Both the position numbers and the translations under genes were made by a program. Of a stretch of 64,000 nucleotides of DNA, positions 57,020 to 64,000 are shown one piece after another. The notes beneath the pieces were generated by a model. The model had not been told where the DNA came from. It did not search any database and saw nothing but the letters and a program-made list of their open reading frames with translations. Origin of the DNA: an uncultured candidatus Porisulfidus sp. (lineage in GTDB: Bacteria > Pseudomonadota > Gammaproteobacteria > Poriferisulfidales > Poriferisulfidaceae); the NCBI GenBank assembly GCA_965204575.1, contig OZ241993.1:1472001-1536000 (forward strand), given 5' to 3'. Position 1 is the first letter of the stretch, and each line of letters begins with the position of its first letter.

Positions 57020-58306
57020 ATGCCCGAGCGAAAAATCAAGTTGACCAACGGCGGAAAGGAAGTCGAACTGTCGATCGCCGAATCGACCGAAGGGCCGGCG
57101 GCGGTCAACATCAGCAATCTGTACAAGAAACGGGGGTATTTTTCGCTGGATCCCGGATTCGTCTCCACGGCCAGTTGCCGGAGCCAGATCACCTACATCG
57201 ACGGAGACCTCGGCCTTCTGCGCTATCGCGGCTATCCAATCGAACAGCTCGCGGAATCCGGCAACCACATCGAAACGGCCTACCTGCTGCTCCACGGCGA
57301 GCTTCCGACACAGAATCAACTGGACACATTCGCCCAAGAAATCAAGTCGGAAACAAAGATTCCCGCGGGTTCGTGGGAACTCATGCAGGCTTTCGAGAAA
57401 GAGGCCCATCCGATGGCCATGCTGATGGCCGGGCTGGCCCATCTCGCTTCGATCTATCACTCCGAACTGGACGTGTTCGACGAGGCGTACCGCCAGCGCA
57501 TGGCGCGGCGATTGATTGCGCAGGTCCCGGTCCTGGCGGCGCTCGGGTATCGCTATCGAACCGGCCAGGATCCCATCGACCCCGACCCGGAACTCGACTT
57601 TACGCCCAATTTCCTCCACATGATGTTCGGCGCAGAGCCCGACCCCCTCTTCTCGCACGCCATGGACATCCTGTTCCTCCTGCATGCCGACCACGAACAG
57701 AACGCCTCTACGTCCACGGTCCGGCTGTCCGGCAGTTCCGAAACCAGCCCGGTCGCGGCCGTCGCCGCGGGCGTGGCCACGCTTTGGGGGCCGTCGCACG
57801 GCGGCGCCAACGAGGCCGTGATCCAGATGCTGGAGGAAATCCATGCTTCGGGGGTCTCGGTCGAGAAATACGTCGAACAGACCAAGAGCAAGGAAAGCCA
57901 TGCCCGCCTGATGGGCTTTGGACACCGGGTCTACAAGAATTACGATCCGCGTGCGAAGCTAATCCAGAAAATCTGCTACAGCCTGCTGGAAAAGCATGGA
58001 GAAGGCAACCCGAACTGCCCGCTCCTGGAAACCGCCATGGCCTTGGAGCAGGCGGCCTTGAACGACGAATATTTCGTGGTTCGCAAGCTGTACCCGAACG
58101 TCGACTTCTACTCGGGCATCATCCTCAGGACCATGGGGATCCCCCTGGACATGTTCACGGTCATCTTCGCCACCGCCCGAACATCGGGCTGGGTCGCGCA
58201 CTGGCTCGAGATGATGGCGGACAAGCAGTTCCGGATCGGCCGCCCCCGCCAACTGTATACCGGACACACCCAGCGAGACTACGTCGCGCTCGACCAGCGC
58301 GGCTGA
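57020..58306 (+). CDS. gltA: Citrate synthase (type II)
   Basis: DPGFVSTASC, LHADHEQNAST, GPSHGGANE, MGFGHRVYK and YPNVDFYSG. Confidence 0.96.
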   Translation: MPERKIKLTNGGKEVELSIAESTEGPAAVNISNLYKKRGYFSLDPGFVSTASCRSQITYIDGDLGLLRYRGYPIEQLAESGNHIETAYLLLHGELPTQNQLDTFAQEIKSETKIPAGSWELMQAFEKEAHPMAMLMAGLAHLASIYHSELDVFDEAYRQRMARRLIAQVPVLAALGYRYRTGQDPIDPDPELDFTPNFLHMMFGAEPDPLFSHAMDILFLLHADHEQNASTSTVRLSGSSETSPVAAVAAGVATLWGPSHGGANEAVIQMLEEIHASGVSVEKYVEQTKSKESHARLMGFGHRVYKNYDPRAKLIQKICYSLLEKHGEGNPNCPLLETAMALEQAALNDEYFVVRKLYPNVDFYSGIILRTMGIPLDMFTVIFATARTSGWVAHWLEMMADKQFRIGRPRQLYTGHTQRDYVALDQRG

Positions 58307-58313
58307 TCCCGGC

Positions 58314-59465
58314 TCAAATCCCGGCAAAAAATTCCTGCACGACGGGCGAGAAGCGTTCGGCGTCGACCAGGAACGAGTCGTGACCCTGGATGGACGGGAG
58401 CACGACCAGTTCGGCTCCGCGCCCAGCCTTTTGCAAGCCGGCCACGATTTCTTTCTGCTGCTCAAGCGGGAAAAGGATGTCACTCTCCACGCCGACCACC
58501 AGGGTCTTGCGCACGTGGACCCGGGCCAGCCCGGCATTGACCGTGCCGCCATGCTCGGCGACATCGAACAGGTCCATCGCCCGGGACAGGTACAGATAAC
58601 TGTTGGCATCGAACGTGCCAATGAATTTCTTCGCGTTATACTCCAGGTAGGACTCCACTTCGAACTCGACGCCGAACATGTCGTCCGAGGCACGGTGCTC
58701 CGGCACCCGGGCCCGATTGAAGCGCTGCCGCCATTCCTGAGCCGCCCGATAGGACATCAGGCCAAGCTTCCGCGCCAAGCGCATCCCGCAGAGTGGTTCG
58801 GCATCCAGTTCGTAGTTGCCGCCCTTCCAGTCCGGGTCGCAGCGAATGATCTCCCGCTGCAGCGACCGCACCGCAATCGTGAATGGCAAGGCCCGGCAGG
58901 CCGCTGAAATCACCAGGAGATAGTCCAGCTCGTCCGGATACTGCAACGCATAGGCCAACGCAGACATGCCGCCCATGGAGGGGCCGACGACGGTATGGAC
59001 ATGATCCACGCCCAGTTCGCGCATGGCATGGTGCCCGGCCTTCGCAATGTCCTCGATCGACAGTTCCGGAAATCTCCCGCCGTAGGGCTGGCCGGTCACC
59101 GGGTCGCAGGAGGAAGGCCCCGTCGAGCCGAAGCAGCTGCCCAGAGAGTTGACGCAGACCACGAAAAATCGATCCGTGTCGATCGCCTTGCCAGGCCCGA
59201 CCATGTATTCCCACCAGCCAGCCGTGTCGTCTTCTTCATTGGACGCGGCATGGGCGGTCGGGGACAGCCCGGTGAAGATCAGGACCGCGTTGTCCTGATT
59301 TCGCGACAGGGTTCCCCAGGTCTCATAGCCGACCTGGACCTGGGCCAGGCGGCCGCCACGATGCATCACGAAATCGGTTTGCCCGTAATCCCCGGGCAAG
59401 TCGAGGATGCGGGTCGCCGGCGGCGTGCGGTTATGCGCGCAGGGCTGGAAGTCGGGATGAGTCAT
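58314..59465 (-). CDS. MetX-family acyltransferase, TGLSP subgroup (probable serine O-succinyltransferase)
   Basis: YETWG, TGLSP.AHA, GWWEYMVGPG, GPSMGG, GMRLARKLG and GHDSFL. Confidence 0.8.
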   Translation of the reverse strand: MTHPDFQPCAHNRTPPATRILDLPGDYGQTDFVMHRGGRLAQVQVGYETWGTLSRNQDNAVLIFTGLSPTAHAASNEEDDTAGWWEYMVGPGKAIDTDRFFVVCVNSLGSCFGSTGPSSCDPVTGQPYGGRFPELSIEDIAKAGHHAMRELGVDHVHTVVGPSMGGMSALAYALQYPDELDYLLVISAACRALPFTIAVRSLQREIIRCDPDWKGGNYELDAEPLCGMRLARKLGLMSYRAAQEWRQRFNRARVPEHRASDDMFGVEFEVESYLEYNAKKFIGTFDANSYLYLSRAMDLFDVAEHGGTVNAGLARVHVRKTLVVGVESDILFPLEQQKEIVAGLQKAGRGAELVVLPSIQGHDSFLVDAERFSPVVQEFFAGI

Positions 59466-59923
59466 GTGCCGCCTCCGGAATTCGGCGCTAGATGATAGCC
59501 CCGTCGAAGGCAATCCCGCAACCAGTCGAACAGGAACCGGTTCCCGGAATAGCGGCGGGACAGCCATTCCTCCCGGGGGCTTCCTTCCGGAACCGGATTC
59601 GGGAGCAGCGGAGCCCCGCGGCGGGCCAGCAGTTCGACCTGCCGGGAGTCCCGGTACAGACGCAACTGTACATCCGGTGAGAATTCCGCCCCGTCCCGGC
59701 GGCAAGCCAACCCCAGCGTGGCCGTATGCCGGGCATGCTCGTAGAACACCAGTTGCAGCGGGGGCCGGCCCGGCAGGGAGTCGTCGAGATACGCATGAGG
59801 CTGCATGGCGGGGTTGCGCAGCGATGGGCACAGGGCGAGCAGGCATTGGTAGTTGGCGTCGTAGAGCGCCATCAACACGGCAGGCTGCGGGATGGCGGCC
59901 AAGGAGGTGGAGAATTCAGTCAT
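59462..59923 (-). CDS. DUF1249 (YqiB-like) protein
   Basis: LMALYDANY..L, P...LRLYRD and NRFL.DWL..CL..G. Confidence 0.75.
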   Translation of the reverse strand: MTEFSTSLAAIPQPAVLMALYDANYQCLLALCPSLRNPAMQPHAYLDDSLPGRPPLQLVFYEHARHTATLGLACRRDGAEFSPDVQLRLYRDSRQVELLARRGAPLLPNPVPEGSPREEWLSRRYSGNRFLFDWLRDCLRRGYHLAPNSGGGT

Positions 59924-60164
59924 GATCCGGCGTGCCTGTACGTATTTTCCTCGCGACCGACTCCATCTCCGGGTCCGGGGCGGCTTGTGCCCCCAGGAAC
60001 ATTGCCTGGAGTTCAGGGTCCGGGCATTCCAGCAGCCGCGCGAATGCCGCTCGCTCGGCGGTAGAGGCCCGAGGATATTCTTGATCCAGATACCGCATCA
60101 GCATGAGATCCAACTCCCGAGTGCCACGCCGGCAGTTCCAGCGTAACCGGTCCTGCTCCGACAT
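59916..60164 (-). CDS. sdhE: FAD assembly factor SdhE
   Basis: RLRWNCRRGTRELD and LLECPD. Confidence 0.9.
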   Translation of the reverse strand: MSEQDRLRWNCRRGTRELDLMLMRYLDQEYPRASTAERAAFARLLECPDPELQAMFLGAQAAPDPEMESVARKIRTGTPDHD

Positions 60165-60165
60165 G

Positions 60166-60948
60166 TCAGGACTTGCGCAAGGCCACCATTTTCTTGATTT
60201 CGGCGATGGCCCGCGCAGGATTCAGCCCCTTGGGACAGGTCTGGGTGCAATTCATGATCGTGTGGCAACGGTACAGCTTGAAGGCATCCTCCAGGGACTC
60301 CAGCCGTTCGTCCGTCGCCTGGTCGCGACTGTCCGCGAGCCAGCGCCATGCCTGCAGCAAGGCCGCAGGCCCCAGGTACTTGTCTGGATTCCACCAGTAG
60401 CTCGGGCAACTGGTGGAGCAGCAGGCGCACAGGATGCACTCTTCCAGGCCATCCAGCCGGGCACGCTCCTCCTTCTGCTGCAGACGTTCGCGTTCCGGTT
60501 CGTCCGCGCCATTCTTCAGCCACGGTTCCACGGCGGCGTACTGCCGGTAGAACCCCGACAGGTCCGTCACCAGGTCCCGGACCACCGGCATGTGCGGCAG
60601 CGGATAGACCCGGATGTCCCCCTTGAACTGGTCCACCCCGCAGGTGCACGCCAGGGTATTGCGTCCATTGATGTTCATGGAGCAGGAACCGCAGATTCCC
60701 TCGCGGCAGGAGCGGCGGAACGACAGGGTCGGGTCGACCTCGTTCTTGATCTTGATGAGCACGTCCAGGATCATCGGGCCGCACTGGTCCAGGTCCACTT
60801 CGTAGTGGTCCAGTCTCGGGTTCTCCCCTTCGTCCGGCTCGTAGCGGTAGACCTGGAACGACCGGACGTTTTCGGCACCCGACGGTGCTGGATACCGGCG
60901 TCCGTCCTTGCGCACGACCGCATTGGCAGGAAGGGTGAATTGAGCCAT
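60166..60948 (-). CDS. sdhB: Succinate dehydrogenase iron-sulfur subunit
   Basis: [25 protein letters not shown] and [17 protein letters not shown]. Confidence 0.97.
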   Translation of the reverse strand: MAQFTLPANAVVRKDGRRYPAPSGAENVRSFQVYRYEPDEGENPRLDHYEVDLDQCGPMILDVLIKIKNEVDPTLSFRRSCREGICGSCSMNINGRNTLACTCGVDQFKGDIRVYPLPHMPVVRDLVTDLSGFYRQYAAVEPWLKNGADEPERERLQQKEERARLDGLEECILCACCSTSCPSYWWNPDKYLGPAALLQAWRWLADSRDQATDERLESLEDAFKLYRCHTIMNCTQTCPKGLNPARAIAEIKKMVALRKS

Positions 60949-60967
60949 GGTCCGGTTCTTTCTCGTG

Positions 60968-62758
60968 TCAGTATACGCGGGCTTTCGGCGGGATCACTTC
61001 CACCTCGTCATCCAGAGTATGCAAGCGCACATCCCGGTATTCGATGCGGCATGATCCCTGTTCGCCGAACCAGCAGACCGTGTGCTTCATCCATTCGTCG
61101 TCATTGCGCTCCGGGTAATCTTCCCGGGCATGGGCGCCGCGGCTCTCCAGGCGGTTCAACGCGGACTCCAGCGTCATCAGCCCCTGCGGCAGCAGGTTCT
61201 GCAGTTCCAGGGTCTCCACGAGATCGGTATTCCATATCATGGATCGGTCGCTGACCTGAATGTCGCCGAAAGCCTGATTTGCGGCCCGGACCTGCTCCAG
61301 GCCATCCTTCAACGTTTCGCCGGTGCGGAATACTGCCGCGTGCTTCTGCATGATGCGTTGAAGCTGCAGGCGGAGTTGCGCGGTCGGAGTGTCGCCGTTG
61401 GCATGGCGAACCTTGTCGAACTGATCCAGGATCCGCTCCACTGCCGAGGGAGGCGCTTCCGGGTGAGCACCACCCGGCGTAATGATTTCCGTCGCCCGTA
61501 TGGCCGCCGCGCGGCCGAAGACGACCAAGTCGAGCAAAGAGTTGGAGCCCAGGCGGTTCGCCCCGTGTACCGAAACGCAGGCCGCCTCCCCGATGGCCAT
61601 CAATCCCGGCACCACCGCATCGGGGTTCCCATCCCGCACCGTCACCACTTCGCCTTTGTAGTTGGTCGGAATGCCGCCCATGGTGTAGTGCACCGTCGGC
61701 AAGACCGGGATCGGCTCACGAGTCACGTCGACCCCAGCGAAGATGCGTGCCGATTCCGCGATGCCGGGCAGGCGCTCCTTGATGACGTCGGCACCGAGGT
61801 GTTCCAGATGCAAGTGGATATGGTCCGCTTCAGGGCCACAGCCTCGCTCTTCGTTGATCTCGATGGTCATCGAGCGGCTCACCACGTCGCGCGACGCCAA
61901 ATCCTTGGCGTTCGGCGCGTACCGTTCCATGAAACGTTCGCCCTTGCTGTTGGTCAGGTAGCCTCCCTCTCCCCGCACGCCCTCCGTAATCAGGCAACCG
62001 GCGCCATAAATGCCGGTCGGATGGAATTGCACGAATTCCATGTCTTGCAGGGGCAGCCCGGCCCGTTGCACCATGCCGTTGCCGTCCCCGGTGCAGGTAT
62101 GTGCCGAGGTGCAGGAGAAATAGGTTCGCCCGTATCCTCCCGTCGCCAGCAACACCGTGTGGGCGTGGAAATGGTGCAGTTCCCCAGTCGCAAGATCCCA
62201 GGCGACCACGCCGCAGCACCGGCCGTCGTCGTCCATGACCAGATCCATGGCGAAGTATTCGATGAAGAATTGGGCCTGGTGTTTGAGAGACTGCTGATAC
62301 AGCGTGTGCAGGATGGCGTGACCGGTTCGGTCTGCGGCAGCACAGGTGCGTTGCGCGATCCCCTCGCCGAAATGCGTCGTCATGCCGCCGAAGGGACGCT
62401 GGTAGATCTTGCCTTCGTCCGTCCGTGAAAACGGGACGCCGTAATGCTCCAGCTCGATGATGGCCGGAATGGCTTCGCGGCACATGTACTGGATGGCGTC
62501 CTGATCGCCCAGCCAGTCGGAACCCTTGACCGTGTCGTACATGTGCCAGCGCCAATCGTCCGGGCCCATGTTGCCGAGCGCGGCGCTGACCCCGCCCTGC
62601 GCGGCGACCGTGTGGCTGCGAGTCGGGAACACCTTGGTGATGCAGGCGGTCGACAAGCCCTTCACGGCCATGCCCAAAGTCGCGCGAAGGCCGGCCCCGC
62701 CGGCGCCGACCACCACGACATCGTAATGATGCTCGATCAGTTTGTAGGCGTCAGTCAT
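60968..62758 (-). CDS. sdhA: Succinate dehydrogenase flavoprotein subunit
   Basis: [30 protein letters not shown] and [11 protein letters not shown]. Confidence 0.97.
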   Translation of the reverse strand: MTDAYKLIEHHYDVVVVGAGGAGLRATLGMAVKGLSTACITKVFPTRSHTVAAQGGVSAALGNMGPDDWRWHMYDTVKGSDWLGDQDAIQYMCREAIPAIIELEHYGVPFSRTDEGKIYQRPFGGMTTHFGEGIAQRTCAAADRTGHAILHTLYQQSLKHQAQFFIEYFAMDLVMDDDGRCCGVVAWDLATGELHHFHAHTVLLATGGYGRTYFSCTSAHTCTGDGNGMVQRAGLPLQDMEFVQFHPTGIYGAGCLITEGVRGEGGYLTNSKGERFMERYAPNAKDLASRDVVSRSMTIEINEERGCGPEADHIHLHLEHLGADVIKERLPGIAESARIFAGVDVTREPIPVLPTVHYTMGGIPTNYKGEVVTVRDGNPDAVVPGLMAIGEAACVSVHGANRLGSNSLLDLVVFGRAAAIRATEIITPGGAHPEAPPSAVERILDQFDKVRHANGDTPTAQLRLQLQRIMQKHAAVFRTGETLKDGLEQVRAANQAFGDIQVSDRSMIWNTDLVETLELQNLLPQGLMTLESALNRLESRGAHAREDYPERNDDEWMKHTVCWFGEQGSCRIEYRDVRLHTLDDEVEVIPPKARVY

Positions 62759-63093
62759 GCCAGGAAATGCAGGAGCCCCGCAAAGGCGGCAACGAGGGAA
62801 AGGAGGAGGATCAGTTGGGTGATGCGGTGCACGCTCCGGTTCCAGCCCGGATCGCTGACATAGTCGTCGATGATGACTTCAAGGCCGAGTTTGGCATGGT
62901 AGAGCGATGCCGGGAAGAACAGGCCCAGCCAGAGAACGGTGTCGCCCTGCCCGACCCATTGCCCAAAATGAGCCAGGTCCGCCAGGTTTCCGCTGCCCAG
63001 AGAGTAGATCAGCCAAACCGACAGGGGAATCAACGCGACTGAGGTGATCCGCTCCAACCACCAGTGCCGCCGTGCCGCGCCGGACCCGCTCAT
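62755..63093 (-). CDS. sdhD: Succinate dehydrogenase membrane anchor
   Basis: HWWLERITS and [14 protein letters not shown]. Confidence 0.9.
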   Translation of the reverse strand: MSGSGAARRHWWLERITSVALIPLSVWLIYSLGSGNLADLAHFGQWVGQGDTVLWLGLFFPASLYHAKLGLEVIIDDYVSDPGWNRSVHRITQLILLLSLVAAFAGLLHFLA

Positions 63094-63467
63094 GCCCAGA
63101 TCCAGGCCCAGACGGCGGCTGTCAGTGTGGTGGATCCTGCCAAGACCAGCCAATTGCTTGCCTGCACGGCCGGCATGCTGAGCCCGATGCAGGCATCCCA
63201 GACCAGGTGCCGGATTCCGGTGCACAAGTGAAAGGCCAGCGCGAATGTCCAGGCGATCAGCCCAACCTGTCCCAGCGGATGCTGCAGCCCCGCCATCGCG
63301 ATTTGCCAGAGGACCGGCACATAGGCCGCTGCCGCGATCAGGAAAGCCAACGCGACCGCCGCAGCCGTCAACAAGACGCCCGTGATGCGATGGCTGATCG
63401 ACAGAACCGCTGCCAGCGGCAGGCGATAGATCTGCAGATGGGGCGATACGGGGTGCTCAGGCAACAT
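63090..63467 (-). CDS. sdhC: Succinate dehydrogenase cytochrome b subunit
   Basis: PVSPHLQIYR, SISHRITG and FHLCTGIRHLVWD. Confidence 0.92.
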   Translation of the reverse strand: MLPEHPVSPHLQIYRLPLAAVLSISHRITGVLLTAAAVALAFLIAAAAYVPVLWQIAMAGLQHPLGQVGLIAWTFALAFHLCTGIRHLVWDACIGLSMPAVQASNWLVLAGSTTLTAAVWAWIWA

Positions 63468-63589
63468 CGTGCACGAGAAAATTGGAAGCAGCAAACAGGG
63501 AAAAATTCAAGTTTATTATGCCAAAACCGGCCGCAAGCGGAGCCAGCCCCGCGCCTTGGGGCGGCGGACTTGATTCATCCGGAGGGGGT

Positions 63590-63665
<76 letters not shown>

Positions 63666-63737
63666 GCCACTGTGGCGGGTTATTTTCCCTGTTCGGCGGG
63701 CAAGTGTCAATTCGCAATAAGGTAAAATCCATGCGCC

Positions 63738-64000
63738 ATGCAAACACTTCCACGTGGGCAACAAGGCGCATGGATCGCCATCGGGCTGATCCTCCTGATC
63801 GTCTTCTCCCGGCTCATCCCGCACCCCCCGAACTTCACCCCCGTGCTGGCGGCGGCGCTCTTCTGCGGCACCCTGTACGCACGCCCTTCCCACGCCCTTT
63901 TGGTTCCGCTGCTCGGCATGGTGGCTGGAGACCTGGTGCTGGGATTCCACGACCAGGTCTGGGCCGTCTACCTGGCCGTCGCCTTGTGCGCGGGGCTCGG
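63738..64000 (+). CDS. DUF6580-like putative transporter (ECF S-component-like), 3'-truncated
   Basis: Own translation MQTLPRGQQGAWIAIGLILLIVFSRLIPHPPNFTPVLAAALFCG...PLLGM..GDLVLGFH; absent from the ORF track because it runs off the window. Confidence 0.75.
   Translation, partial: MQTLPRGQQGAWIAIGLILLIVFSRLIPHPPNFTPVLAAALFCGTLYARPSHALLVPLLGMVAGDLVLGFHDQVWAVYLAVALCAGL

Noticed and set aside
59466-59846. N-terminal ~127-aa extension of the MetX-family ORF in the track (510 aa)
   Set aside because: It is an off-frame reading of the DUF1249 gene; the ATG at 59465 overlapping the DUF1249 stop gives a normal-length protein
53398-62428. Other long alternate-frame ORFs (53398-54693, 56834-57925, 56989-58383, 60103-61254, 61082-62428)
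   Set aside because: Overlap well-supported msrP, gltA and sdh genes; translations are low-complexity with no family motifs

Overview
This is a gene-dense, mostly core chromosomal segment from a Gammaproteobacterium. The assignment is inferred from conserved gene orders: surE-pcm-yqaA-nlpD, alaC-hom-thrC, fabD-fabG-acpP-fabF-pabC-mltG-tmk-holB, mnmA-nudJ/clpA/infA, and gltX-tRNA-Glu. It opens with the 3' part of purL, followed by a complete-looking tetrahydromethanopterin (H4MPT) formaldehyde-oxidation block (mptG-mtdB-orfY-mch-orf5-orf7-fae). It also carries most TCA genes (fumC, acnA, mdh, gltA, sdhCDABE), molybdenum-cofactor genes, msrPQ and two tRNAs (Glu-TTC, Ala-GGC). Accessory material is limited to small islets: (1) a decayed DUF1295 gene; (2) an AT-richer islet between fumC and acnA with a DNA methyltransferase, a PD-(D/E)xK nuclease, an unannotated small ORF and a 3-TM protein; (3) a Tsx-like porin with a metallophosphoesterase; (4) an islet with an orphan antitoxin-like gene, an NCS2 permease fused to a degenerate RsbW/GHKL-like domain (apparently starting at ATA), and an Asp-nucleophile hydrolase. 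The best novelty candidates are the multi-hairpin ~200-nt leader of fae, the NCS2-GHKL fusion module, the RM/TM-protein islet, and a serine O-succinyltransferase-type MetX inside the sdh operon. No integrase, IS, CRISPR or rRNA was seen. All calls come from reading motifs by eye; no searches were run.
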